In this document: in pieces, positions 1 to 10,052 of the stretch
Position numbering within the stretch: position 1 is the first letter of the stretch
How the letters are laid out: every line of letters starts with the position of its first letter
Assembly (NCBI GenBank): GCA_018865545.1
Contig: GCA_018865545.1_3633.1
Length of the DNA stretch: 64,000 nucleotides
Direction: 5' to 3' (one strand)
DNA from: a phage
The notes under the pieces: model-generated
The model's database searches: none
What the model saw: only the letters and a program-made list of their open reading frames with translations
Told to the model about the DNA's origin: nothing
Made by a program: the position numbers and the translations under genes

Positions 1-12
1 AGTGATACGGTT

Positions 13-708
13 TTGTGCATGTTTGACGGATCAGGCATCATGGGTTACGAATGGGCAAAAAACGGGTATAAAGTAATATGCCTTAACTATGATGATGCTG
101 ACCACGGCGGTTATGAAAGTATCCGAGTAAAACATAAAAATATAGAATACATTAATGTTTGGATAGATGACCAGTTTAACCCAACAGAGATAGGGATCTG
201 TAAGCCAAGTATTATATTCGCATTTCCACCATGTACTGACATGGCTGTTAGTGGTGCAGCGCATTTCGCAAGAAAAGCTGCAAAAGACCCTTTATTCCAG
301 ATAAAGGCTGTAAATACAGCAAAGGTGGCAGCAAGGTTGGCAGATGAATACGACTGCCCTTACATGATAGAAAATCCTGTTAGTGTTCTATCTTCTCTGT
401 GGCGTAAACCAGATCATTCATTTCATCCTTATGAGTACGGCGGGTATCTATCAGAGAATGATGTTCATCCGTTTTTTCCAGAATACATAAAACCCAGAGA
501 TGCCTACCCTAAGAGGACTTGTTTGTGGACAGGCAATGGTTTTAAGATGCCGGAGAAATTACCTGTCCCCGTGTTAAGAGGGTATTCTGAGCAGCACCTA
601 AAATTGGGTGGTAAATCAAAAAAGACAAAGGTTATAAGATCGTTAACCCCAAGAGGATTTGCCAAAGCTGTATTCCTATATAATGATTTTAGGAGGGCTG
701 GTGGATAA
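13..708 (+). CDS. Putative DNA (cytosine-5)-methyltransferase-like protein (may be 5'-truncated by window edge)
   Basis: 231 aa ORF; FDGSG near N-terminus (motif I-like), FPPCTDMAVSG with Pro-Cys (motif IV-like catalytic Cys), IENPV (ENV motif VI-like), in the order expected for C5-MTases. Confidence 0.45.
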   Translation: MCMFDGSGIMGYEWAKNGYKVICLNYDDADHGGYESIRVKHKNIEYINVWIDDQFNPTEIGICKPSIIFAFPPCTDMAVSGAAHFARKAAKDPLFQIKAVNTAKVAARLADEYDCPYMIENPVSVLSSLWRKPDHSFHPYEYGGYLSENDVHPFFPEYIKPRDAYPKRTCLWTGNGFKMPEKLPVPVLRGYSEQHLKLGGKSKKTKVIRSLTPRGFAKAVFLYNDFRRAGG

Positions 709-859
709 AAATGTCAAGATTCTCACAGGAACTAGTATTTCAGAATTAGAATTAAAGCTAAACACTTGGTTTAGAAAAGGTTACTGTATTTCAGGTGGTA
801 TATCTGTGTGTAATGGCTGGTATATGGCTGTAGTTACCAAACCCTTCTAAGGAGAAGAG

Positions 860-2860
860 ATGAAGATGACAAAATGGGGGGCTGGTGCATACTTTGAAGG
901 TGAGAACCCAAAAGCATTCCGACCTACAAAAAGTGGTGGTAAAGTGAATTATCAGAAAAAAGAAGAAGAAACTGTAGAGTCTGTCCTAGATAGTACAAGG
1001 ATCTTGGCTGTCCCCCAAATGGATATTAGTTTAGATGCAGCTAAGTACTTCAAGATCAGATCTGCAACAGATTTGAAAGACGGTACTACAGTGGTGGCAA
1101 CATATCTTCCATATTATGACAAATATGGGAAATTGACAGGGTACAAAAAACGAGACTGGACTGTTCCGAAAGAGAAAAAGGGGCATTTCTCTGTTGTTGG
1201 CACAGTAAAGGCTTCCTCTCAATTTTTTGGTCAACATGAGGCCTCTATGGGATCTGGTAAAAAACAGATCTTTATTGTTGAGGGGGAAGGTGATGTAACG
1301 GCTGGCTGGCAAGCTGGGTTTGAGTATATTAAATTCCTTCATAGCAATCCTAACACGTCACGTTCAGTACGTGAGTGGGCAAACAATGCTTTAAAAGGCA
1401 TCAAAGCAATTCAGGATGGGGAAGAGGTTTCTAATTGCCCGACATTACCTTTTATCGGGTTGAACTGTGGTACAGCCAATGCTGTGGATACATTCGCCCA
1501 CAACGAAAAGTTTATCAGGGAATATGAAAAGATTGTCCTTGGCTTAGACAATGATGAAGCCACAGCAAGGGAAAAAGAACACAGAATTAAGAAAGGTAAG
1601 GAAGCCACAGATGATGTCGCAGGTTTTTTACTGTCTGACAACATCTATGTTGCACGATACCCAAATGAGCGCAATGACCCAAATGGTGTTAAAGATATCC
1701 GGGATATTTACAAAAAAGGTAAATGGATGGATATCTGGAATATGTTTGCTAAAGCGCAGGATAAATATGTTCCAGACAAATTGATTGGGTTGGAGAGAAT
1801 ATCTATTGAAAATCTCCGTAAAAAGAAAAAAGATGGCGTTCCGTTGCCGTGCTTTCCTCGTTTGTATGAACTAACAAGAGGCCCACGAACAGGAGAATTG
1901 TGGACACTGACAGGCCCATCTGGAGCTGGGAAATCAACTTTCTCAAGAAAGATTGAGTATGCAATTATCGAGTACCTCCGTAACATGGATATTCCCCGAT
2001 TAGACGGTTGGAAAGAGAACGAGAAAATTGCAATTATTCGTCTAGAGGAGGATGAGGAGGAGTCTGTAAACAGCTTATATGCTGAGGAGCTAAAGATTGA
2101 CCCGAAAGCATTTGTTGCAGACCCAGAACAATTCCTTACCGATGAGCAGCACTTAGCTATACACCAACGATGGATTGCCGAAGATAAGGTTAAAATTTTC
2201 GATCACTTTGGTTCAATACCAACTGACCAATTACTACAAAAATTGAAACAGATGGTTTTCCTTGATGGGTGTAGATGGATTATCTTAGATCACTTATCGA
2301 TGGTGATATCAGGATTAAAATCCGATAACGAGCGAAGAGATTTAGATAACATCATGACGGAATTGGCTGCCTTCTGCAAAAAATATGACGTGTTTATCCT
2401 CAGTATCAGCCATATGAAGCGTAAAGAGATCCAGATTCCAAAAGACAAAGATGGTAATCTCTTACCGTTTTGGTATCCTGTGCGGAAAGAGGATCTCCGT
2501 GGGTCAGCAGCACTCGAACAGTTATCATGGGTTGTATTAGGTGTTGAACCTGAAGAACTCCCTGATCGCTCTCGTGGGCGTATTCGTAGCGTTGTAATGA
2601 AAAACCGTCCACATAAAAAATTAGGTATAGCGGATACTCTGATTATGGATGATAATGGTCAGTTTTCTGATGCGTCAGGATGGGTGTGGGAAGACAATAT
2701 GTTTAAACTCAACGGGGAGGTAATGCTAAGACCTAAATCAATGGTTCAAAGTTTAGAGCTTGAAACACCTGTGGGTAAAATTGCTGTTTCTGTTCCTCAA
2801 CAAGAACCTGCTGTTGTTATTGAGGAACCTGAAGATTTGGACAACGACACACCATTTTGA
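860..2860 (+). CDS. Bifunctional DNA primase/helicase (TOPRIM primase + DnaB-family helicase)
   Basis: 666 aa ORF; IVEGEGDVTAGWQAG (TOPRIM-like acidic motif), Walker A TGPSGAGKST, Walker B-like IILDHLS; RBS aaggagaag upstream of ATG. Confidence 0.8.
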   Translation: MKMTKWGAGAYFEGENPKAFRPTKSGGKVNYQKKEEETVESVLDSTRILAVPQMDISLDAAKYFKIRSATDLKDGTTVVATYLPYYDKYGKLTGYKKRDWTVPKEKKGHFSVVGTVKASSQFFGQHEASMGSGKKQIFIVEGEGDVTAGWQAGFEYIKFLHSNPNTSRSVREWANNALKGIKAIQDGEEVSNCPTLPFIGLNCGTANAVDTFAHNEKFIREYEKIVLGLDNDEATAREKEHRIKKGKEATDDVAGFLLSDNIYVARYPNERNDPNGVKDIRDIYKKGKWMDIWNMFAKAQDKYVPDKLIGLERISIENLRKKKKDGVPLPCFPRLYELTRGPRTGELWTLTGPSGAGKSTFSRKIEYAIIEYLRNMDIPRLDGWKENEKIAIIRLEEDEEESVNSLYAEELKIDPKAFVADPEQFLTDEQHLAIHQRWIAEDKVKIFDHFGSIPTDQLLQKLKQMVFLDGCRWIILDHLSMVISGLKSDNERRDLDNIMTELAAFCKKYDVFILSISHMKRKEIQIPKDKDGNLLPFWYPVRKEDLRGSAALEQLSWVVLGVEPEELPDRSRGRIRSVVMKNRPHKKLGIADTLIMDDNGQFSDASGWVWEDNMFKLNGEVMLRPKSMVQSLELETPVGKIAVSVPQQEPAVVIEEPEDLDNDTPF

Positions 2861-3054
2861 GAGAAAAAGAGGATACGTGTAAAATATGATGAGTTAGCTA
2901 TTCGTGTTGCCAAGGGGCTTGAGGGGTACATTCCCGCCAAGAGAAGCCCTTTGGCAAAGAAACATAAATCAAAAATAGGTAGTTTTCCACATAATCTATA
3001 ACCAACTAAGAGATGGGCGACGATACAGTCAAGCCCATCTTGAATAGGAGGAGT

Positions 3055-5094
3055 ATGAAAGGGCTTTTTGTCGGAGATAACGAAGCTGACGGATTATTAG
3101 AAGAGGCAACTAAATATCACTGCACACTTTTTAAAGAATATGCTGTAAATAACTGGGTGTTGTTTCTCGATCCTGCTCACAAGGAATACCAGAGTGCAGT
3201 TAATTTTGCACGCAGCAAAGAAGGTGTTAATTTACGTATCCTTTCTTATGATGATTTTTACTCTTGGTTGCAGACCGAGCCAAGAGGGATAGCAATACAT
3301 AACCTGTTCGGCTATGATTTACGTCTGTGGAAAAAACTTTCTGGGATTGAATATGACATGTTCAAAGACCCAAAATGTATGGGGACGATAGGTAATAAAC
3401 AGGTAAATCTTTACGACACTCTTTCAATGAGTCGTGTTCTTTACCCAGATCGCCCATTGCCTAATGGCTGCCCAGATTCTGTATTGAACCCTGTAACAGG
3501 AAAACGTGACAGGGTTGGGCCACACGGCTTATTGGCATGGGGTTATCGTGTAGCAAACAAGAAAGTGCAGATTGATGATTGGCGTAATCAGCCATTGTGG
3601 GAATATGTAAACCGTGTGTGGGAAGACGTTATCATTAACGAACTTGTGTGGAAAGCTCTTATTGATGAGTCAAATGGTACGCGATGGCCTGATGACAAGC
3701 AGTTTATGTACACTGATAAACCTCACGGGATGCACCAGATTAATTGGAAAAATGCATTACGTAGGAGAATGCTCACAGACTATTTGATGATAGAGCAAGA
3801 AATACAAGGCGTATACTTTAATCGGGAGGAGGCAGAAAAATTAAGAGATCGCATAGATAAGATGATGCGAGAAATTGAAGAAGAGGTAGAACCACTTCTT
3901 CCAAAAAAAGAGATGACGAAATCTCAACAACCAAAATTCCCAGCTAACCCTTTTGACACAGCGGGTAATATATCTCATCATGGGTGGAATTGGTTGGAAT
4001 ATAAACTTGGCTATCCTGTTAACAGGGAAGCTCTGGAGTTTAAAGCTCCACCAAAAACAGCTTTTAAGAGTAATGGGGATGTAAGTGCAGCAGGGGAGAG
4101 ATATTGCATCCAGAATGGCATTGAAGATCCGGCTTTATACGGTGATTTCATTCGTTCCCAGCGAACCAAAGAGAACACACTCGAACCTTTACCGCCAGAT
4201 CTTCTAGAGAAGGCTAAAGAAGACCTTCGAAACAGAAAAATGCCAGATTTAATGGTTCCAATGAAAATCTCTAATCAAGATGATATTAAAAAATATTTGA
4301 TCAAAGATGCTGGTTGGAAACCTACACTGTGGCGTGTAAAAGATGTTACTAAGGATCAATTTAAAAAGACTCGTGAAGATTCTGAAATTGATGTACTAGT
4401 TAAGAAGTACATAGAAGAGTTGGCAGAGTCTGAGTATAAATCTCTTATTCTTGACTACCTTAATGATTCAGATGAGAAATTCAACATTTCAGAGCGTAAG
4501 TTTGACCATCGCCATGCATCTGAAAGGGGTTATTCAGAGATATTTAAGAAATTTCGGCGTAAAGCACGCCAGTTACCGACATCTCCTCAATTAAAAGATA
4601 ATTTTGGGCATCTGTGTCCAAATTTGGAGAAAATTGATGTGCATATGGCAAAACAGATTGTTAAGTGGCTATCACTTCGTAACAGGCGATCTGTTTTAGA
4701 CCCAATGGATGAGGATAAGACGGATACAGGGTTATTAAATCACCCTCGTTTAGACATTGACGGAAAACTTCCAGCACGTTTTTCTGGAATCACTAACACG
4801 GGCAGGTGCAAGCATACTGTTTGCGCAAACATGCCCAAGCCTGATCCGAAGGTTTTGTTGGGAAAAGAAATGCGGGGTCTTTGGACAGTCCCTGAAGGCT
4901 ACTACCTGATGGGTTGTGATGGATCTAACTTAGAAGGTATGATTGCAGCGGCAGGGGCTTTTGAGTTTGATGGTGGTGAGTATTTACGTATCATGATGGA
5001 AGAGGATGCCCATGAACGAAACGCAAGAGCATACACAATAGCAGCAGGAAAGGAGGTAACACGCTCTGGAGGAAAGGGGGTTACGTATGGTTAA
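3055..5094 (+). CDS. DNA polymerase, family A (T7 gp5-like), exon 1 (exonuclease + N-terminal polymerase part)
   Basis: Start chosen at ATG 3055 after aggagg RBS; N-terminus LFVGDNEADGLLEEATKYHC and HGLLAWGYRV resemble T7 gp5; ends with RSGGKGVTYG (R-x3-K-x3-YG, first half of motif B) directly before in-frame TAA. Confidence 0.8.
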   Translation: MKGLFVGDNEADGLLEEATKYHCTLFKEYAVNNWVLFLDPAHKEYQSAVNFARSKEGVNLRILSYDDFYSWLQTEPRGIAIHNLFGYDLRLWKKLSGIEYDMFKDPKCMGTIGNKQVNLYDTLSMSRVLYPDRPLPNGCPDSVLNPVTGKRDRVGPHGLLAWGYRVANKKVQIDDWRNQPLWEYVNRVWEDVIINELVWKALIDESNGTRWPDDKQFMYTDKPHGMHQINWKNALRRRMLTDYLMIEQEIQGVYFNREEAEKLRDRIDKMMREIEEEVEPLLPKKEMTKSQQPKFPANPFDTAGNISHHGWNWLEYKLGYPVNREALEFKAPPKTAFKSNGDVSAAGERYCIQNGIEDPALYGDFIRSQRTKENTLEPLPPDLLEKAKEDLRNRKMPDLMVPMKISNQDDIKKYLIKDAGWKPTLWRVKDVTKDQFKKTREDSEIDVLVKKYIEELAESEYKSLILDYLNDSDEKFNISERKFDHRHASERGYSEIFKKFRRKARQLPTSPQLKDNFGHLCPNLEKIDVHMAKQIVKWLSLRNRRSVLDPMDEDKTDTGLLNHPRLDIDGKLPARFSGITNTGRCKHTVCANMPKPDPKVLLGKEMRGLWTVPEGYYLMGCDGSNLEGMIAAAGAFEFDGGEYLRIMMEEDAHERNARAYTIAAGKEVTRSGGKGVTYG

Positions 5095-5825
5095 TGATAG
5101 CCCCCTTACAAAGTAATTTGTAAGGTGCACCCATTGAATTGCTGGGAAGTCTGACCGAGTTATGTCGAAGATAATCAGCAGGTAAGCGAATGCTTCCCTC
5201 TTACAAAAGGAGGGAGAATATGAGTACATTTTGTTGTATAATCTGCGGTGAACAATGTGTTAAAACTGGTAAAAATCAAAAAGTATGTCTCTCTGAAGGT
5301 TGTAGAAGAGAATATTCAAAGATAAAAACCAGAGAATATAGACGCAGAAAGGCCGAAAGAGAAAATAGGCTTGACAGAGTTGGCATAGGAAAAGGTGGTG
5401 GGCAGCCTCGTGGGAAATTGTCCAAATTTTATAAAAATGGCATATCGATGTTTCGTAAGTTATCCCCTGTCATAAAGGAACAGAGAAGATACTGTAATAG
5501 ATGTAATAAAGATCTTCTTTATGCAGGTAAGGATGAGTGGTGCGTTCATCATATTGACCATGATAGGACGAATAACGAAATAAGTAATTTTGAATTACTT
5601 TGTAAAAAATGCCATCAAATAGAACATAAATGTTGGGAAGCATTCGAAACTTCAACGACTAGCCGAAAGGCGTAGGGCCAAGCGGTGAGGGAAACCTCCA
5701 GTCTTTCAGACTGCCGAAGCAGTGGGCATCCTGAAAAGGATGAAGATATAGTCTGATCTGCATAGAAATATGTAGCAGTTCCTAAGAGGACGGGCATGGT
5801 GTAGCGAGCCATGTTGAACAATATG
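5095..5825 (+). mobile_element. Group I intron interrupting DNA polymerase motif B, carrying an HNH endonuclease ORF
   Basis: Exon 1 ends in U (ggT), intron ends in G (5825); P-like gaattgctgggaag (5136-5149), Q-like aatcagcagg (5173-5182), R-like tcagactgcc (5706-5715), S-like aagatatagtctg (5743-5755); ORF lies between Q and R as in canonical ORF-containing group I introns; splicing would give ...GKGVTYG-IMYGAQAPKI..., matching pol A motif B. Confidence 0.6.
5190..5675 (+). CDS. HNH homing endonuclease (intron-encoded)
   Basis: 161 aa; CVHHIDHDRTNNEISNFELLCKKCHQIEH (HNH motif with Cys pairs); located inside intron between Q and R elements. Confidence 0.8.
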   Translation: MLPSYKRRENMSTFCCIICGEQCVKTGKNQKVCLSEGCRREYSKIKTREYRRRKAERENRLDRVGIGKGGGQPRGKLSKFYKNGISMFRKLSPVIKEQRRYCNRCNKDLLYAGKDEWCVHHIDHDRTNNEISNFELLCKKCHQIEHKCWEAFETSTTSRKA

Positions 5826-6458
5826 ATCATGTATGGAGCACAAGCTCCTAAGATAGCCGCAATGCTGGGTATCCCCCTTAATAGAGCACAGGCTGTAATA
5901 GACGCATTCTGGGATAGTAACTTCGGGTTGAAAATGCGTAGAGAGTGGTTAGAAAAATTCTGGGAGGCAAATGGGAGACGCTATATTCCAGGCATGGACG
6001 GGCGTAAAATTTGGACTCGTTCTAAACATTCTCTGCTGAATGCTTACCAACAAAACGGTGGTGCTTCATTGTTTGACCTCATGGGAGTCCTGTTCCATTG
6101 GGAATTGGTGAAACGGGGATGGTACGACCAAGGTGTCAGGAGGGTTATCTACTACCACGATGAGATACAGGTACAAGTACCGGAAAGATTTAAATCAATA
6201 ACGGAGCATTCTAACTTAGAGGCTGCACAAAGCTATGTAGACATGATGCTTGAAAAAGGCCATCGTTTCGACGGGCATTATGTGAAAGCAGGTAAAGTTA
6301 TTGTTGAACCTGATGTGTATGGGAAATACAGGATACTGCATTGCCCAGTAGGAGAGCTTGCAACAAAATGTGTAGAAAAAGCATCTAAGATAATGGGACT
6401 TCCCGTTTTAATTACAGGAGAATATCTTTGTGGATACACATGGGCAGATTCCCACTGA
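5826..6458 (+). CDS. DNA polymerase, family A, exon 2 (C-terminal polymerase part)
   Basis: In-frame continuation IMYGAQAPKIAAMLGI (second half of motif B), VIYYHDEIQVQV (motif C HDE); upstream in-frame stop at 5802 shows it is not an independent long ORF. Confidence 0.75.
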   Translation: MMYGAQAPKIAAMLGIPLNRAQAVIDAFWDSNFGLKMRREWLEKFWEANGRRYIPGMDGRKIWTRSKHSLLNAYQQNGGASLFDLMGVLFHWELVKRGWYDQGVRRVIYYHDEIQVQVPERFKSITEHSNLEAAQSYVDMMLEKGHRFDGHYVKAGKVIVEPDVYGKYRILHCPVGELATKCVEKASKIMGLPVLITGEYLCGYTWADSH

Positions 6459-7068
6459 TGAAGTAGAGGAAATTTGGAAGGATATCGTAGGGTATCCTGA
6501 TTATCAAGTAAGTAATTATGGAAATGTAAGATCTTTTAAATCAGGAATGTGGAAATACTTAAAAACTAAAAGTGAAAATTTATCTCCACAATGCTATCCG
6601 AGCGTGTGCTTGTACAAAAGGGGTAAAGATTCAGGGAAAAGTTTTTCAGTCCATAGACTTGTAGCGGAGGCTTTTAAAGAGCCTCCTTCTCCAGAATTGC
6701 AGAAAGAATGTAGAAAAACTGTGCTAGGAGTTCCAATTATAAACCACATAGATGGTGACAGACATAATAATAGGGTTGAAAATCTTGAGTGGTGTACCTA
6801 TAGCCATAACAATACAGTGGCTTATGGTATGGGGAGAATCCAAAAATTTGGTGATGATTATCATTTATCTGTTCTTACAAAGGAGAAAGTTTTAGAGATT
6901 GTACGGCTTATTGATTGTGGGATAACACACAAAGCTATTGCGGAACTATTCGGAGTTTCCAGAAATACAATATCTTCTTTAAATAATGGATACTCATGGT
7001 CACATGTCACAGGAAGACCTAAGAAAGTCCAGAAAAGAAGATCAAAAACAGACCCTATATCAGAGTAA
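6430..7068 (+). CDS. Free-standing HNH homing endonuclease (HNH_3/NUMOD-type)
   Basis: 212 aa; WKDIVGYPDYQVSNYGNVRS N-terminus, HRLVAEAF...INHIDGDRHNNRVENLEW core, C-terminal HTH-like ITHKAIAELFGVSRNTISS; overlaps 3' end of DNA polymerase. Confidence 0.75.
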   Translation: MDTHGQIPTDEVEEIWKDIVGYPDYQVSNYGNVRSFKSGMWKYLKTKSENLSPQCYPSVCLYKRGKDSGKSFSVHRLVAEAFKEPPSPELQKECRKTVLGVPIINHIDGDRHNNRVENLEWCTYSHNNTVAYGMGRIQKFGDDYHLSVLTKEKVLEIVRLIDCGITHKAIAELFGVSRNTISSLNNGYSWSHVTGRPKKVQKRRSKTDPISE

Positions 7069-7078
7069 GGTAAAAATA

Positions 7079-7450
7079 ATGAAAGTAAAAGGAACCAAGA
7101 CAACAACACAACTTATTGATGTTGAAGTAAACGACTCTGAAATCAAAAGAATCATAGATAGCCAAGACAAAATAATCTTGGCAGAAGCAATTCAACAAAA
7201 ACTTTTAAACAAATTCTTCAAAAGATGCCTACCTTCAATAGACGGAGAGATTATCGTAAGAAAGGACGCTAAGGCTGGCAATAGAGGAACACGGGTCTTC
7301 GTCCATGTTGATGCCGATTGGGATTACCATAATAATGTTGGTGTGGATAAAGAAATCAGGCCATTGACACACGGAGAGATTGTGCTGTATGAGAACATCC
7401 GAAAGCTACCTGAGTATATAATGTCGTTGGATGCTGAATTGGCTAATTAA
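7079..7450 (+). CDS. Hypothetical protein
   Basis: ORF; start moved to internal ATG 7079 (MKVKGTK...) just after HNH stop. Confidence 0.45.
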   Translation: MKVKGTKTTTQLIDVEVNDSEIKRIIDSQDKIILAEAIQQKLLNKFFKRCLPSIDGEIIVRKDAKAGNRGTRVFVHVDADWDYHNNVGVDKEIRPLTHGEIVLYENIRKLPEYIMSLDAELAN

Positions 7451-7516
7451 GAACACTTGCTATAGGCAATCTGTTTGTGTATCATTTCGCTACCTGACAC
7501 TTTGTGGAGAATTTCT

Positions 7517-7936
7517 ATGAGAAATGTAAAGATACATGCAATACCAAGTGACTATTTATCACCCCCTGTACAAGGGAGTTCCTTCTGTACAGACATGGTT
7601 TCTTACGATGACTACAAGAAACTGGAGGGTATGTTCATTGACGTAGCATCAGAAAATGCACTCCTAAAGAAGTTCATTCGTGAGAGTTGTTATGTTTTTG
7701 ATGGGGAACAATCTGATATCTCTGATGCATATACCCCAGCAGATCAATCACTTTTAATGCCTGGTTTGGAAGCCACACAGAAGTTTTCTACAGAGATGAT
7801 GGCTCAAGGTGTTCATATGTACGGTATGCTCACAATCCGTATCGGAGAGCAGGAGCAAGAAGAAAGCATCATCTATGCGGGAAAGCAAGCCCTTCTTTAT
7901 GCAGAACAACTTCGTAATGGAGATTTCGAACAATGA
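7517..7936 (+). CDS. Hypothetical protein
   Basis: ORF; start at ATG 7517 preceded by ggaga; C-terminal region resembles C-terminus of ORF 11228-11683 (QGV-M ... LR-G pattern). Confidence 0.45.
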   Translation: MRNVKIHAIPSDYLSPPVQGSSFCTDMVSYDDYKKLEGMFIDVASENALLKKFIRESCYVFDGEQSDISDAYTPADQSLLMPGLEATQKFSTEMMAQGVHMYGMLTIRIGEQEQEESIIYAGKQALLYAEQLRNGDFEQ

Positions 7937-8427
7937 ATTTTGATATTACAAAGCTACATGTCTTACTACAAAGTTTTTACCTTTCTTACGATGCTTGGGT
8001 AAAAAGAGGAGCACCAGACTCTGATATTTTCTCTCGTGACTGCGGTTTGTGTGCTAATTTATATGATTGGTGTAATGTGAATCATTTGTCCGGCTACATG
8101 GATGACCTACTGGACATGCTGCATGATGATTTCGAAAAGGCGGGGCTAGATAAAAGATTGCCTTTCAACCAGACAAGCCCCTATAGTAGAGAAATGTTTA
8201 AAAATACTTGCCATAAGAACAAAGAACGCTTGCAATGGGTACAAGACAATATAGATTTGTTCAAGAAGGAGCAAGGAGCTTTAAGAAATAAGTATGAAAC
8301 TTTGAGCGACGCTGCTAAAATGGTTGTGTATACATGGGCAAGTGCGGACAGTAAACAATTTAAAGCAAGTATGGATAAAAGCGTCCCTGTATTACGAGAT
8401 ATTCTGTTCAATGAGGGGGAATCATGA
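7933..8427 (+). CDS. Hypothetical protein
   Basis: 164 aa ORF, start overlaps previous stop (ATGA), operon-like packing. Confidence 0.5.
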   Translation: MNFDITKLHVLLQSFYLSYDAWVKRGAPDSDIFSRDCGLCANLYDWCNVNHLSGYMDDLLDMLHDDFEKAGLDKRLPFNQTSPYSREMFKNTCHKNKERLQWVQDNIDLFKKEQGALRNKYETLSDAAKMVVYTWASADSKQFKASMDKSVPVLRDILFNEGES

Positions 8428-8738
8428 AAACCTTTACAAAAGAGCAGCTACTTAAGCATGTTCGCTCTAATGTTGACCATCTGAAAGACCTCCAACAGCG
8501 TGTTGGTGAGGCTGGAGATGAGTATAAGAAGATTTTTGACATGGTATCTCTTGATTTGGAGATTGCTAAGATCGCATTAAATGCATTAGAAGCAAAACCG
8601 ATTGGTGCTTTCCATATCGCAGAGCAGCAAGTCGATGGTACAAGCGATTATATCAAAGATGGGGAATGGCCCATTGATAACGGAACAATTGAAGTGTACA
8701 CTTCACCACTTGCTTTTACAAAGAGTAGCCGATATTAG
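8424..8738 (+). CDS. Hypothetical protein
   Basis: 104 aa ORF, ATGA overlap with upstream gene. Confidence 0.5.
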   Translation: MKTFTKEQLLKHVRSNVDHLKDLQQRVGEAGDEYKKIFDMVSLDLEIAKIALNALEAKPIGAFHIAEQQVDGTSDYIKDGEWPIDNGTIEVYTSPLAFTKSSRY

Positions 8739-8792
8739 ATAATTTACCAAAAATGGGTTTCTTTGGCATATTTTTCACAAATGGTTCTTATT

Positions 8793-9662
8793 ATGAAAGA
8801 TAAAGTTTTTGTTCCGCCTATAAAATCGCAAGGGATTAAGACTAAACTGGTTCCGTGGATAAAGAGAATTGTTCCTAAAAACTTTAATGGGGTATGGGTC
8901 GAGCCGTTTATGGGGACTGGAGTTGTTGCCTTTAACGTTGCTCCTAAAGATGCATTATTATGTGATACAAACCCTCATTTGATTTCTTTTTATAATGCAT
9001 TGAAAAATAAAGATATAACAGGGGATCTTGTTAAGGATTTTTTATATCGTGAAGGTGAAAAACTCTTATTAAGTAATGGTGAGTATTATTATGAAGTCAG
9101 GGAAAGGTTTAATAATTACAAGGAACCTTTAGATTTTTTATTCTTAAATAGGTCTTGTTTTAATGGTATGATTAGGTTTAATAGTAAAGGAGGGTTTAAT
9201 GTTCCTTTTTGTAAAAAACCAAACAGATTTGCACAAGCATATATTACCAAGATTTCGAATCAAGTTGATAGGATTTCTGAAATAATATCAAAAGGGAACT
9301 ATACATTCTTGTGTCAGTCATTTGAAAAAACTATTGGCATGGTAAATAGGGATGATGTTGTTTATTGTGATCCTCCATATATTGGTAGGCATGTTGATTA
9401 TTTTAATTCATGGGGAGAGCGTGACGAGCGTTTATTATTTGAAACGTTATCATCTTTGAATGCTACATTTATAACGTCTACGTGGCATCATAATGATTAT
9501 AGGGAAAATAAGTACGTTCGTGATTTATGGTCATCTTTTAGAATATTGACGAAAGAACATTTTTATCATGTTGGAGCGTCCGAAAAAAACAGATCCCCGA
9601 TGGTAGAGGCGCTAATTACAAATATCAATTACTTACCCCAGGCTGAAGCTGCGAAATGTTGA
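8793..9662 (+). CDS. dam: DNA adenine (N6) methyltransferase, Dam-like
   Basis: [11 protein letters not shown] (FxGxG AdoMet motif) and VVYCDPPY (DPPY catalytic motif); start placed at MKDKVF; gene visibly more AT-rich than neighbours. Confidence 0.75.
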   Translation: MKDKVFVPPIKSQGIKTKLVPWIKRIVPKNFNGVWVEPFMGTGVVAFNVAPKDALLCDTNPHLISFYNALKNKDITGDLVKDFLYREGEKLLLSNGEYYYEVRERFNNYKEPLDFLFLNRSCFNGMIRFNSKGGFNVPFCKKPNRFAQAYITKISNQVDRISEIISKGNYTFLCQSFEKTIGMVNRDDVVYCDPPYIGRHVDYFNSWGERDERLLFETLSSLNATFITSTWHHNDYRENKYVRDLWSSFRILTKEHFYHVGASEKNRSPMVEALITNINYLPQAEAAKC

Positions 9663-9680
9663 GATTAAGGTGAAATAGTT

Positions 9681-10052
9681 ATGACCACTATTACCAAAGA
9701 ACGTCTGCTGACAATCAAGCAATGGCGCGAAACATACGGACTAGGTAGCAACGTTGTACTGCCAGCAGAAGAAGCGCAAGAACTGGCTCGAATTGCTCTG
9801 GCATCGCTGGAAACAGAGCCTGTAGCATGGATGTGTGAGGACGCAGATGGTCGTGAGTATAACGCTCGCAATGAATTTTCTGGTGGGAGGAAAGGAACCC
9901 CACTCTACACCTCTCCTAACGTGCAGGTAGTGCCGGAAGAAATGTATTGGCAGGATGCGCCAGTTGAAGGCAGCAGCAAAGCGGCTGCATACGCTACAGG
10001 CTGGAATGCCTGCCGCGCCGCTATGCTCAAAAAGAAGGGGATGAATCAATGA
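9681..10052 (+). CDS. Hypothetical protein
   Basis: 123 aa ORF in co-directional early block. Confidence 0.45.
   Translation: MTTITKERLLTIKQWRETYGLGSNVVLPAEEAQELARIALASLETEPVAWMCEDADGREYNARNEFSGGRKGTPLYTSPNVQVVPEEMYWQDAPVEGSSKAAAYATGWNACRAAMLKKKGMNQ

Noticed and set aside
659-850. 63 aa ORF overlapping the end of the methyltransferase-like gene
   Set aside because: A possible GTG start after aggaggg exists, but the ORF is short, overlaps the upstream gene and has no recognisable features; too weak to call.
1031-1342. Antisense ORF inside primase-helicase gene (also 1411-1644, 1708-1986, 2406-2612)
   Set aside because: Shadow ORFs on the opposite strand of a well-supported long gene; no independent signals.
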